64,000 nt of DNA from Zygnema circumcarinatum SAG 698-1b (taxonomy: Eukaryota > Plantae > Zygnematophyceae). The DNA is taken from positions 1,397,361 through 1,461,360 of the forward strand of contig CM074805.1 of assembly GCA_037447605.1 (NCBI GenBank), written 5' to 3'. Below the pieces are notes generated by a model that saw only the letters and a program-made list of their open reading frames with translations, did not search any database and was not told the origin of the DNA. Position 1 is the first letter of the stretch. Every line of letters starts with the position of its first letter. Shown here piece by piece: positions 25,517 to 39,400 of this stretch. Both the position numbers and the translations under genes were made by a program.

Positions 25517-25561
25517 GCCCGCCTTGGACCTTCCCTACGGTCGGGAAGGTCCAAGGCGGGC
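25517..25561. other. Perfect 19-bp GC-rich stem-loop
   Basis: GCCCGCCTTGGACCTTCCC (25517-25535), a 7-nt loop TACGGTC, then GGGAAGGTCCAAGGCGGGC (25543-25561), the exact reverse complement. Confidence 0.9.
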
Positions 25562-25829
25562 ACTGGCAAACCTCGGGTTGCAAACCACAAACTGATCGCC
25601 AAGCCAGCGGGAATGACGACGTGGAGGCCGGAGCTTGCGCCACGTATGCTTGAAACCCTTTCTCGCTCAAAGCTCTGAGCAGGGAAGGAGCAGGCCATGT
25701 CTGCCGGAGCTGCTTCATGCTTGCAGGCCGGGGCGAGGGAGCATGGCGGTGTCGGAACGGCAATAGGAATGGCGGAGGAGGTCGGGTTTGTATTGTCAGT
25801 ACCTTGTTGAGGTGTTGCCCGCAGGTGCC

Positions 25830-25952
25830 ATGGCTGCTGCAGAGGGATCTCTGGACAAGTGCGGTTGTTCCGCGAGCGTGAGGATTAGGGAGGCAGAATA
25901 CGAGGCGTTACGGCGGAAGCAGGATTTGGCATTGTTAGAGCTTCGATCGTGA
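25830..25952 (+). other. Candidate 40-codon upstream ORF before the J-protein ATG
   Basis: GCCATGG context ATG just after a CAG acceptor (25824). It encodes MAAAEGSLDKCGCSASVRIREAEYEALRRKQDLALLELRS* and stops 13 nt before the main ATG. Confidence 0.35.
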
Positions 25953-25965
25953 CAGGTTCTAGAGC

Positions 25966-28900
25966 ATGGGGCTGCCGGAAGGTGTGCCAGGTTTGGAAAG
26001 GGCAGAGGCCCTGCTGAAAGATGGATATCCTGAAAAGTCTCTACGTATTCTGCAGACAGTAGAGAAGAACAGCCCGGGAGTCAAAGGCCTACAGGAGCTT
26101 CTATCAGTAGCGCAAGTCTGCTCGGCATTTGCAGCGAGTGTTCGGATTGCTTTGAAAAGCGCACGCGGCACATGCAATTGTTCTACAAGCAACACTCCAA
26201 ATCCATTTGTCGACTGGTACCTCGTTTTGCAGGTTAGACAATTTACCGAGCAACGATATTTACTGTCAATTGATCAGTTGCTACATACGGGAAGTTATTG
26301 AGCTTAAATTATTCACTTCACAAGATTCAAAAGGGTTATCAACGTTTCTTAATTGTTATTAGCGTGAAAGACGGGAAAAAGTCACTTTCAGATAATCTTC
26401 AACCAGACAACACTGTCCCGAAAAAGTAACTGTGCACATTGCTTCATCGATAAGGGCAATTCTGTCCAATCTGAATACTCACCAATTTTTTACCGAGAAT
26501 GTACAGGGAAATGATATTCACAGACTGTAGTTGATGGTGATGGCCAGGTGAAATCTGATGCAGATGACGGGGTTATTAAAAAGCAGTATCGACGTTTGGG
26601 TAAGGTCCTTCTCCCTCCTTATCGCTTGATCTTGAGGGGCCACGCGCAGCGTTTTGCCTGTTCAGTCCAAATGTTCGAAGTATGAAAATCGTCTGCGTGA
26701 GCGCCCAGCCAGTTCTAATCGTGAAATCTGAGGATTCTTGCTCACAAATGCAGTATTGCTGCTACATCCGGACAAAAATGGCCACAAGAAAGCCGAGGAG
26801 GCATTCAAGCTAGTCTCTCAGGTGGGCTTATATCTGTTCCGAAATCATTCTGCCATTTGTGTTTGCGCGCCTTTCTCATTTTTCAGCAAAAGCTATGAAG
26901 GCAGTTCAGCCATAAGATATCTATCTCACTTTGACGTAAAAGCTGGCCACTCGCGTTTGAGAGGAACCATACGAACAACCAAAATCACTAACATAATTTA
27001 GAGCTCATTCAGAGAATTCAATGAGTAACCACTTTTGTTCATGATTCGCTGCTGAATTCGAATGGGTGAGATGTTTTTGCCAGGCATACATGGTGCTTTC
27101 TGACTCGAATCAGAGAGCCACATTCAACAAGGAAAGAATCCACTATACTGGAACTTGCTCAGCGACGGTGCATCCTTGGGGAGTGCCGCCTGCGACCTCC
27201 TTTCCACCGCCACATTTCAACAAGTCTTCATTTTTTGGAGGGGCGGGTTATGGGCGGTCTTGGCATGCCACCTCTCCTCCAGCTCAGCGCTCGCCAGTGC
27301 CCGAGGCCTTCTCAAGGTGCTGATTCCTCTGCCAGTTGGGTTGACAGTTCCTTGGCCATGGTATCTATGGCATCTGCGAGATGGAAGTAGTTTGTCCTTT
27401 TTCTGCATCCCAGCTTTACATTTTCGCGTCTGTGGCATCTGTTTTTTTTACAGCTGAAGTACTTTTTGGCGAAACTGCTTCTACGCATTTCAAAAAACTA
27501 GCGGATTGCTTGTATATGAATGCAAGGTTTGATTTGTCTTTACCAAACCCACTACTTGAACTGTTTATGCAGACCAGCAGCAGGCACGGAAGCTGAGCAG
27601 TTGCAGTCCATGAGGGACCGTGCTCGAGCCCGGAATATCTCTTTTGAAAAAGAATGGGTGGAAAGGAAGGAGAAGTGGCAGAAGGATTTAGCGGAGGCTC
27701 GAGAGAGGGCCTTAGCCAGACGTGAGGCTTGGGAACGCAAGCATAGAGCAATGCCTGCCGCTGAAACTGGACCTAAAGGTGACATGAGTGCGGCTAACGA
27801 AATGCAATATGATGCAAGTAGAGTTGCAGAAACAAACGTAGGAGTGACATTGGATCCTGCAACGTCTGCTGAAGTAGATGAGTTGAGGGAGAAAGTTGAA
27901 GACCTCCCGGCGCACGTTTTTGACACATACTCACCTCGCGACAAAATTGTAGCTGGAGAGGCTGATGCTCAGGAATGGAACAAATCAGAAAGTGAACCCG
28001 AAGTTGATTATAGAAATCCATCAGAGAGAGAAACAGAAGGAGGGACAGTTTGTGCACAGCGACATGGAGGGTCTCTGAATTCAAAAGAAACAGTATCTGA
28101 GCCAGAAGAAGACAGTAGCGTGGAAGCAGAGCTTGGAATTGACGATGGGATGGTACAAGGGGAAGGCTTGAAAGGAGACCCTGCAAGTGAAGGCCCTCTG
28201 ACCTCTAATGTCCAAATTTCCCTGCAGAATGATGCTGACTTGGGAACATCAATTGAGGGTTGCACGGAAATGCGTGAGTGCAAAGCTAGGGAACTGAACA
28301 ATGGGTCAAGGAAAGAAAGAGGAGTTGTAGAAAACATTGGAGATGAATTTGCTGTTAATGTGACAAGGAAAGAGTGCTCTGAGTTCATTCACTCGCCTTG
28401 TGAAGGATTTGATTGTAGGTCTGAAAACCAAGAGAGCGAAGATGATCATGTCAAACATGGAACTATAAGCTCGGTTCTTGGAACGACTTCTGGAAAGGAC
28501 GAACATGGTAGAATGGACAGACAGATTCCAAGCGGATCAGTTCCCAATTTCAAGCAGATGGAGTACGCTAGGGAGGCAGAGGAAAATTCGTGTGCTGAAA
28601 GAGTGGCTCCATCTGAACCAGTATCGGGAGATGAAGACTTGAATATACAGAAACAGCCTGACCTTGAAGATTCGAGGAATTCAGACACCAAGACCACGGG
28701 ATTTTCGAGGAAGAGGCCAGGCAGGGAATATAGAGGAAACTTTTGGTCAGGCATGGACGGAGAACGCAAGATTGGGAATGAGAGTGTGGAACGAACGGTG
28801 TCTTGTAGTGAAAGCTATAGAGAAGGCAGGGAAACTCCACTACCAGCAACAAATGCAAGGGAGACAAGAATGTATAAAAGCAGAGGATCAGCAATTGCTG

Positions 28901-30731
28901 ATGTTTCGACCGTTGTAAATGATACAATCTCAAAACACCGTTTCAGCAGATTTTTAGGCAGCAAAGGACGACCTACAGTTTCAAATGTCGAAGCGGCGGA
29001 GCAACAGGGAGCAGGTAATGGAGACAGATCTCGGCTGATAAATATGCAAGGGCAGCAAGGCAATGAGCGTCCGATTGCCAATGCAATGGAAGCAAAGGCT
29101 CGCACTCAAGAAAGGGTACTTCAACTTCAACAGGAGATCAAGGCAGCCATTGCCCAAAGGACGGCTCAGGAAACAAATTCAAAAGAGGTTCTTGCTAGGC
29201 GGTTAGCATCAGGTCGAGCAAGACGAGAGAGCCAATTACTGAGAGTCGGTGTGAAAGAAGGGAGGTCTGATTCACATGTTCTCAATGAGATGGATCCTTT
29301 TGGCATCAAGGTTGGCGGTAACATTGCTGTTCCTCTTCGGCAGTCATTTAGTCATGAAATGGATAATGCAGCGGTCAATCGGGTGGAAAAAGACAACGAT
29401 GGTGAAGAAGCAGTTCATCATGCTGACAGCGGGTCTATGTGTGTCGAAAGGGGCCCGTTTTCAGAGTGGGCTTCGTACATTGTGGATGCAGTGGAGCCTG
29501 CAGTAAAGAAGACGAAGGAAGCATCGCGACCTGCTACATCTGCTAGCAAAAGATCTGTATTGGCATCCAAAGTGCCACCGGTAGGAGGAGTCATGCGTTC
29601 ACTACGAACTCGTAGCAAGTTGACAGGGGAGGGCAGAAATACCGTGACTTGGGATGGTAATGGCTTTGTGAGGACCGCAAATACTTTAGCAGGTCAAATA
29701 GGGTCGTTCAGCAGCAGTTGTAACTTTCGGTCGAAGGATTTCAGCTCAGATTTTGCATACGCTGAGTCTTCAGGTAATACAGATGGAGGGAGCCAAAGCT
29801 CGGCAAGGGCTGGACCAGTGGGAGCACCTTCAAAGGCAGATAGAATTGAGGGAGATGTGGAGAAAGAATACGACCCCGGTCGACCACAAGCGAATGCAGC
29901 ATTGGATTTGAGGAGTGCAGGGGGCTATAATAGTTTTTCCAATAATGCGGTTCCTAGATCAACTCTGCTTCCAAGAGGAGGTAGGAAAGAATGCCTTCAC
30001 CTTTCAGAGGTCGATAACCAAACGCATGCTGCTGAAACCAATGTAAGGTTGGAGGGTGTAGCCTTTAGAAGAGCTGCCTCTGAGTGTGTACTACTTGGGG
30101 AAGAGGATGTTGCAATGGTGGACCAACACAAACGTTTTTTTCGCGGTTGGCAGTGAACAGATTTGGGAGTTGCACAGAGAAGGTCAGAGATTTGATACAA
30201 CAGCATCGAGAGGAGAAGTTGGTGGAGGGCGACGTCAACAAATTGGCTGCAAATTTGAGGTTAGCTTATCTCAATGAGCAAAAAGGACGAGGATTGATGA
30301 CAGAAAAAGAGATCAAAGCAGGGTTGATGACGACTGCGTGCCTGAAACAAGATAGATTGCTTGGAGAGAGCAACAATTCCTCTAACAGGCAATTGCCAGA
30401 AGGAGCTACTGCAGAGTCTATACCCATAGAAGAAACTTCAGACTCCATGCAGTTCAAACAAAACGCAGGATGTATGCCATCCAGAGATGCGAAATCCTGT
30501 TCCGCCTACCAGCAGAGACGATTCTCCCTGCACGAAACTGTCCCTTCCATGGAAAGCAGCCGGCCAAGGCCTCCTGGTTTGAACTGCCCCAGCAGGTCCA
30601 GGGAATTCTTTTCAGCAGCAAAGGCTGCAGCAGAGGCCATGGCTGCTGCATCTGCGGCCAAGGCAGCCGCCAGGAGAGTCCTCGCAGAGCCAGTCGCACC
30701 GCCGCCACCACAGGCTGGGAGTCTTGAATAG
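25966..30731 (+). CDS. Large type-III J-domain (DnaJ/Hsp40) protein, about 1200 aa, with a long low-complexity C-terminal region
   Basis: Exons 25966-26232, 26548-26599, 26754-26821, 27084-27316, 27573-~30050, ~30154/30161-30731. J-domain DWYLVLQVKSDADDGVIKKQYRRLVLLLHPDKNGHKKAEEAFKLVSQAYMVLSDSNQRATFN with an intact HPD. The last intron boundaries are ambiguous (several compatible GT/AG pairs at 30043-30160). Confidence 0.85.
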
Positions 30732-31590
30732 TAGCGCTCCATCTCCGGCCCTAAATATATATATTTTTTAAGCAATGTATAAGGGAGGTGGTTTGTGCAG
30801 GTGTGTAGAGCTAGAAGGATAGGATTGAGGTAAGGCTGCGCGCATGGTGCTGGCAAATAGAGCTAGTCGTTCGCTGGATACGATTTGCTGCAAAGCGAGA
30901 TTTGGGGCTCAGAGGCTGTGAAGGTAAAAAGAATCTGTGAAAATAAATGCCTGGGATTTGAGGAAGGCTTCAGTAAAGTAACCCTGACATAGTGGAGGTA
31001 CAACTGCAGTACACTGTTCCGATTTGATCGTTTCCTAACTCCAGTTTATTAAAGCTCCCAAAAACCTGCGGTGCCTAGTTTACGACATGGGCTTCCATGT
31101 GATAGCCTCAGCACGTGGGAGTCTGTTCAATATGGTATGCAAAACAGTACCTTTCTTTTTTGAAGAAAGGGCAGGAAGCTGAGATGCTATTGAAAGCGCA
31201 CTAAACCGCTTCGCTCCACGCCCAAAGATAAGGCACATGGACATGGGCACTGCATGTATACGCTTTGATCAAAGGCATCTTCCTATTGCTTCCAACAGTG
31301 AACAGCATGAAATAGGTATCTCCTTGGCCTACTCGCCCTCCCCTTCCTCGTCACCTTCTCAGCTCCATACCTCGAAACGAATGGCTACACATGGGAATGA
31401 ATTGCCTTATATCAACCAACTCGTCCATTTTGTCTACCTGCCTCCAGCCCGTTTGACGGAACTGTTTTAGCATAGAAGGATACATGAATCGGATCAAATC
31501 ATGGAGAAATGCAAGCCCCAAGCACCCTAGAGGAAGCGAGATGACGAGGCTTGAGCGTTTATATACAGTTTTGTACACTCGACAGTATTT

Positions 31591-34500
31591 CTAAAATTGA
31601 AGCGTTGATCTTCTCGCCCTGAGGAAGACATCGAGCTTGTCCCAGAACTCCATGGCTGCCGTACGATCCTGATGGCGCTTGTGCTTGCTCACCTTCAACC
31701 CAACAACACCAATGTCGTCCATCCATGAATGGTTCACTTATAGAGGGAAAAAAACCAACTGAAAGAAAGGATCTCTGCCCTACAATCTAAACCCGGAATG
31801 GCGTCTAGGAAAACAGGGTATAGCATTGGGGTCAGAGAAAAAGCAAATTTAAGGAACACACATATTTTAAGGTACAGCCCTTTGCTTATAAAAACGGTGG
31901 TTGAACCTGAATTGACATCACTGAAATGGGTAAAGAGATCAGCATAGAAATGCCTGAAAGTGTTGGAATTAAAACTTACAGACAGAAACTTGACATTCCA
32001 CTGCTTTACAGCTGCTGTCGATTCCATCGAAGCGTCGTCAAACCGCACGTACACTCCCATAACTGCTCACACGCATGCAGCAACCTCAGTTCATCACTAC
32101 TTTCTGTGCTTTCATTCTCCAGTTAAGACAAGCGCTAAAGAAGCCCACTGCCAAACTAAGTCCATGATTCATTGAAGCAGTCAAAAAGGACGTCAAGAAC
32201 CACAAAAATCTGAAGAAAGGATTCCCGTAGAGAAGTTTACAGCGTTGAGACATCTCGAAGAATCGCAAGTGGGACTGCTCTCTCTTCATTGGCAAGTCCA
32301 GTCTTGAATGCAAACATGCAAGACAAACCCAAACTGAAAAAACAGGAAGAAAGCAAGCTTAACGAATACAGATGCCAAGAAACACAAGATCTTACTGGAG
32401 CATACAAATCGTATAAACTCTAACTAGTCTACGCACGAGCAAGAATATGGCCCATATCTTCCATAGTATAGGACAGTGCGCACCTTTGTTCAAACTTTCA
32501 ACATGGTCCTTGAAGGGCCAATCCTTAAACTGCCATTCTTTGCCCAGGACGAACACTGCTACCACTCGATCCCAATCTCGTCGACTCAAAGACTCAGGCC
32601 GATCACGGACATGATATGTGACGGGCTTTTCGCGCCCCATTTTTCGCTCTAATGCCACAAATTCCGGCTTCTTCACAAGGGTCTTAGCCTTGACTTCCGG
32701 GAGGACAAACACTCCGTCTTCCAGAAACTCTTTGATGTTGTATGTATTCACCAATGTCTGCGCTGCGTTGGGAACAAAGATGATGGGCGGACCCTCGGGC
32801 TTTGCTCGCTGACTTCCGTGGGGAGGTCTGTAAAACGGTCTCACCCCATGGAACATCAGAACTTCCTGCTGAAACTCATGGAAGCCTCAATTAATGCATT
32901 AATGCAACGTTGGACAGAGGCGAGGGGAAGGGCAAGAGAGGGAGAGAGGGGGAGAGGGGGAGGAGAGAGTGGTAGGAGGGGAAGGGGGAAGTGGAGAATG
33001 ACAATTATCACCGTGGAATTGAGCGCGGTAGGAGAGCGAGATTTTCCACAACTGGTTGAACCGACTCCTTTGGCATAGCGGTATCTGCACAGAACATCCA
33101 AAGCAAAATCCGCTACAGTTCAAAAATTTCCGACTTACATGCAGCTCTATTCAAACTTAACAGTAAACATATCTCCAATCCTCTTGCTCCCCTCAATACC
33201 TGCCTATATGCCGTTACACTTAGTTGACCAAAATCCAGGACCACAAATGTTTCAGAAAGCTCCATCTGGTTGATATTCGTTTTTGGTTCCATAGGTCTCA
33301 GCTGCATCTTCAGGGGAAGTAGGCAATAGTGGAAACTAAAACTAGCGATTACCTTGCACATTTGTCATGTACGTGTTAATTCCCAGCTCTTCTGCAGCGT
33401 TATTCCCCATGTACTCCTTCCAGTATCCCTTGTCCTCACTGCTGCGATGTGCCCCTTGTGCATTATTGTAACTTCCTCTGTGCTTCTCTTTCTCATCCGC
33501 TCTTCTTTGTTGCTCTCTGCGCTGAAATCAAGGAGAGTACATGTCGCAATGCAAAGCGAAGATAAACAGAAGCGTAGTAGTTGTCGTTAGGAAGCTATCC
33601 TCTTTAGACTGCAAAGGGACACAAGCTACATGTCATATGGCCGAGGAGTGTTGACAATGTGGCAATAGCACTTATATCATATCCTAGGAAACGTGACGCA
33701 CATTCGGCCCCCTAATTAGTATTACTAGGTAATGGGATAACACTAAAACCTGAGATTGAGACATTCTCGCTCAGCCTCAGCTGACTAGTTGTTGAATTAA
33801 CCGTTGTGGAAGGCATTTTGAGATCTCTGAAGTCAATAATGATGGACAAGCAGGTCTGATTTCATTCTCGAAATGCATGATATAATTCCTTCACTTTATC
33901 TGCGGTTTAAGAAGAGAACCCACCTGCCTCTCTGCTTCCATCTTTTGCTTATCCTCCTGCCGAGCATTGAGCATTTGCAAAACATTCGCAAACGCATCCT
34001 TCTTTTTTAAACAAAGCAGAATTTCCTCGCGATCCCGCACGGGCCGTTCTCGAGCCATAATGAGTTCAATGTCGGACAATTTATGCGCTTCTCCTAAAGT
34101 TGTAGCCCCTCCCACTTGCACCCTTTCGACACCTGGTAGCCCACGTATTCTCTTTACACTTGGGCCACCTTCCTCTGCTTCTTCCTCCTCTCTAAACCTT
34201 CCCGGTGTTACTGCAGGCGGCAAGGAAGCTGGGGGGACCACTGCCGCAGGAGCAGCGATCGGCAGAGGTGCTACAAGGTCAATGGCATCGCTATTTGCTA
34301 CTCTCCCCTCCAAGTACCCCTGCACAACCAACACTTCTCAAGCCTCAGCCATCATCGCCCTATCTTCAAACGTGAGCATTGCATTCCTTGCACGAGAGCA
34401 TGGGGGGTCTGAGCTGACCAGAAGGGGCATCCTATCCGTGAATGTGACGATCTGCACGCGAGCAGTCCGTGCCAAGGCCATGTAGTCCGTATGCCGCGCT

Positions 34501-34688
34501 CCTGCATTCTTAACAAAAAATACAAGCGACTCCAAACTGTAAAGCTGCCCAGCTCGAGACCGATAGGCTGTTTCCACAGCCTTGGGAAACCGATACTCGT
34601 CTCCAAAACGACACTCATCGCCTTGGATCTCCACAAGCTGCAAGGCCCCTCGGATGGTGTATTCTCGGAGAACGCTGAGCGGATCCAT
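31591..34688 (-). CDS. CDC73: PAF1 complex subunit CDC73 (parafibromin/PHP), 478 aa
   Basis: Exons (minus) 34688-34419, 34319-33924, 33521-33353, 33084-33012, 32827-32484, 32062-31980, 31692-31591 (1437 nt). Motifs MDPLSVLREYTI, YSLESLVFFVKN, PIIFVPNAAQTLVNTYNIKEFLEDGVF, DWDRVVAVFVLGKEWQFKDWPF, KQWNVK, KRHQDRTAAMEFWDKL. Confidence 0.95.
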
Positions 34689-35168
34689 GGCGGGAGGGAT
34701 TGCTCAAGTAAGGCCCAGCTATCTGTCGATGAAAAAGTCCTCGCAACCTGGCGCAGTGAAATGCAGAAAGCGCAGCGTTTCTCCGCCTCCCGAAGCGCCC
34801 AGCGCCTGCAGGCGCCCCTCCTCCTTCAGTCCCGCCTTGCACGGAGCAACACCTGTAAGCGGCAGCTTCCCGCTGCACCTTTCAAAGCTGCGCGACTCGC
34901 CGCCATCACTCCGCCTTTAGGGCTTTCCAATGCCAGCATGGCAACAAGCAGGGCGCGCTGCCATGAGGGTCTGGGGGGTTCAGGGGTTAGGGTTTTGGGG
35001 TGCTTTAGGGCATTGGAAGGTTTTAGGGTTTCTCGCAGAGAGCCGCCCGGGCGTGGCCCCGTCGGGTGGCGCCAGCTCGTCACAGGCACGCGCTTGGAGG
35101 GTTTTAGGGCTCAAGAGTACAGGGTTTCTGGTTGGAGGGTTTTTCCGCCGAGCCAGGCTGTCGCTCGC

Positions 35169-35318
<150 letters not shown>

Positions 35319-36472
35319 CGCGGGTGGCCATGTCGGCATGTCCTCGCCGCATGCCACAAGTGATGAAATGACCCGAATCGGCATTGATATGACCATGCGA
35401 TGTCTGGGACCGGAGGGACAGCCGCGTTGGTAGGGTTGGGGGCACGGGGGCACGGGCATGCCCGGGGGGGGGGCATGCCCCCCATTTTTGACCGTCCGTG
35501 CCCGGGGCACGCCTCCAAAAATTTTCCCCATATATTTCGTGCCCCCCCGTGCCACATGTCACGTGACGCTTACCTCGTACGACCGGGCCCGGGCCGGTGA
35601 CGATTGTTGTGTTGAGTACTGTCCGTACTTTTCATATTTTTCCGTACATTTGTACCCTGATCCGTACGTTTAGTACATTCATCTGTACTTTCCGTACCTT
35701 CAATCGTACCGTTTTTAAAATATTATATTCTTTTTTGGGCCGATTTGAATTGCTCAATGCAGTCACGTCACGGGTTTTGGGCACGGGTCGGAGGGGGACC
35801 GTGCCCCCAACCCTAAGCGTTGGGCGGCCCTCGGCTCCACGGCCCCCCAACAGCGCGGCGATGCATGCATGATCCATTCAGTTTTCCCAGCCCAGTGCCA
35901 GGGCCAACTCGCCTCCCTTGAGCCTTACCTCATGACGACCATCATAAATAGGATTGCCCAGTGCCCACGGCCGTATCGGATCGTATAGTATCGTATTGTA
36001 TCGGCCTACCTTTCCATCCGTGCGCTACCCCATACAGTACAGGATCCGCACAATATCGAATCCTTTCGTACGACCCCAGTGACGCGCCACCGTACGGACA
36101 GGCCGTAAGCATCTGCGCACTGTCGCCGTACGGCCGTACGGCCTGACTCAACCGCGCCCGCGGATCGCCAGCAGGGGCGGCCTCCCCGCGGTCCGGGCAG
36201 CCCGAAAAGGTTCTGCCTTGCCTGCCCGCTTCTGGCCTGGCCTCTCGCGCCGTCTGGCCGGACCGGCGTCAAAGCTGTTTGAGCTGCCCGTGTGACCGGG
36301 CAGCAGGGCCCAGAGAACCTGTGGACAACACTGGTGCACCTTTTACAGCTGCACTGCCACTGCCTGCACTGCACCGCACTGCAGGGAGGGAGATAGAGAG
36401 AGACACAGAAAAAAAGAGAGGGAGAGAGGGGGGTAGGAGGGGCAGGGCTTCTCCTTGCATGGTGCGGCAGCA

Positions 36473-39400
36473 ATGGGGGCTCATGCTGCGCGCCAGATTC
36501 CTCTCGCCTCTCTCGCTCGTCTTGTGATCCTGTCGCTCTCTCTTTTTCTCTCTCTCTCGCTCGTTTCGGCGGCATTGCAGCAACAGCCGCAGGAGGATGC
36601 GGTTGCAGGGAGAACGGAGAGCAGGAGGGATGGCGAACTAACGATGGGAAATGAGAACGGAGGACGAGAGGTGAGGATCATCTGTATGCTAAACCGACAT
36701 TCGTCGTGCAGATCGTGCAGGATTGAATAGTCCGAAAGAACCTGAACATTGGTGAACGAGTTCAGTCAGGATGCCGTTGGTCTTAAGAAGAACCTGCAGG
36801 CGATTTAAAATCGGATGGGTTTCAGATGTTTGAAGGAGGCATGTTTGGTTCTCTCGGGTCGTGAATATTCCCTGTTGAAACAGCAGGTAGCGTAAGGCGA
36901 GCTTTATAACAAGTCATTGCTGATAAGTATATTTAGATGTCGCACAGATGAAGTTCACCAGCCTCTCTTCCCATTCAATTTGCTTCCTCAACTCGCTGTA
37001 CTGTTCTCTCTCGGGCTGGTGGAAACGCTTTGCCTACGCTAAGGACTTTTTTTCCGGCTAGAGTTCATAGACCAGTTTCACCTCGCCAGTTGGAAAGGCT
37101 GATGTCTTGCATTGAAACGTTTAACTGAGTATTTAATTCGGCGCAATTTGGCAAGCGACCAAGGACCAACCTGTGTGCAGTGGCTTAATTGGGGAACTCA
37201 AGGTCTCACCAGGATGTTTCGTTAGGGTGTCTATGTTTCTACCTAATCCATTATATTGACGACAGGCTATGCCTTCAGGCAGGATGCACCTCGCGGTGTT
37301 ACAGCTAGCAATTCATTTCAGCGCACTGCATTTGAAGAAATTGCATGAGCCATTTAAACACAGAATGAAACAGGAATTCACGGTTTTGCGCAGAAGAGCT
37401 TTAAACTATTTTTTTTAGCTATTTTGATGAAGTTACAGTCCAATACTGAAGGTTCTCATCTTGCTGCAAGTATGGCTGATCCACAGAAAGACGCTAATGT
37501 GCGACTTGAAGTGGCATAGAGATCGTCAACTGTCCAAGTTCAAAAGGAAAGACTAAATGATTTGAGAATTGCCAGAACGAACTTGATAGTTCCTGATGAT
37601 TTGGTGCTCGAAAATATTTTCACGTCACATGATAGGCTATCTGATGGTGATCTCGTTTTTTACAAGGACCAATGAAATGTTAAGAAGGAATGATGTAAAA
37701 ACTATATCAAAAGACATATCCAAAGCCATTCAGATCTTTTCCCGGGTGGGGGGTGGGTTGACGGGGGGGCGACATTGCAGGCTATAAAAATGCTCCTGGT
37801 TGCAGGTGATGGGGGAGCCGGGATTTTTCCTGAGGAACAACAGGCTACGGATGGCAGTAGCACACGGACTGTGCTCGGGCCGAGGCGCTTGTTGCGGAGC
37901 TGGTGGTCACGAGCAGCTCCAAAATCAGAGGATCTACCAAGTACTGATGCGTCAGGTAACACAGAGGAAGTAGAGGAGAAGTCTGAAGGTACAGAGAAAA
38001 ATTCTACACCTGGAAGTGATGCCGATGCTTCAGCAACTGCAAGTAGAGAGAAGCCACGGGAAGGGACTGAACAAGGCGAGGATGAGGCTCTTGGAGATAC
38101 TGAGAAGAGTGATGAAGATACGGGGAGAGAGAGCCAAAATGCTGGTGATGCGATCAAAAGTGCGAGCGAGGCGGAGGGAGGGAGGGAAGAGTCTGGGGAA
38201 GGGGACAGATCTTCGGAGACAAAAAAAAACGAGGAGCAGGGTGAAGCTGATTTTACTAGAAGCTCATCAATGAGCAAACGCCATAAGCATAGTTCTGCTT
38301 CTGAGAACGAGGAGTCCAAGGAAGCTGCAGGTGGCGAAGTGGAGGAGGGGGAGGAGGAGAAAACAGGGGGCACTGGAGAGGGAGGCCAAGCAAGGGCAAA
38401 AGGAGAGAAGATAAGTAGGATTGGAAAGGACAAGGTTGGCGATGGGCAGCAGGGACAGGCTGAAGAGGACACCGATGCGAGAACGACTGAAAATGATGCA
38501 AAAGAAAGCGGTGCGGATTTGATAGGGAAGAATATGAAAACGGGGGGTAACGAGGATGCTGGAGATGACATGATGAGAAACGACAAAGTGACTCAGAGAA
38601 ATACAGGAAGAGGAACCCGACACGGTGGTGAGGGAGATCAAGACTTCGATGGAATTGCTGATACACAAACAGAGAGTGCAGGGAGACAGAGAAGTCGTTC
38701 GAAACAGCATTTGGCAAAGAAAGGAAGCCCTGACGAAGAGGGAGGAGGAACGGAACAAGGAGACAGCAAGGAAAGCGACGAAGCTGGAGATGCAGGAAGT
38801 GGAAGAAACAAGAAAGAGGGAGAATATGATGATAGTAGAGAAAAGCCGGAAGGTGTGGCCTCTGGCAAGCACTCTTTTGCGGACAAGTCTGGGGACGGGG
38901 TAGAAATGGATGATTCTTCGGAAACTGGAACCAAGCAGGGTGAGAAGGACGAGGGTGCTGATGAAGCGGGAGAAAAGGAAGAGGAAGGCAGTGGAGGTAC
39001 AAGTGGAGAAGACATACAACAGGCGGCTACTAAGGGGTATGTTGCAGGTGTAGAGAAGCCGCGCGCTAGTGAGAGGGAGGATGTGAGCAAGCAGGAGGAA
39101 GGACAAGAACCTGGAGGTGAGGGAGGAGAGGATGAAAATGGTGAGGCTGCAGAGAGAACTGGAAGGAAGAGTGGGACATAGTGAACAACAAGAGGAGGAT
39201 GCAAGGAGTTCGGTTAGAGGTGTGGACGGAGGAGAGGGCGGAAGTGATGGGGGAGAGGATGAAACTGATGCGACGGACGCGGTTCCCAAGCGTTCCTTTA
39301 GGAAAAAAGCAAAGAAGGATGCAGATGAAGTGGGAAACAGTGAACAAGATGATGTTGCAAGGAGTTCGGTTAGAGGTGTGGAGGGAGGAGAGGGCGGAAG

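Noticed and set aside
25517-25580. Helitron 3' end
   Set aside because: The hairpin fits, but no CTRR terminus follows about 10-12 nt later on either strand.
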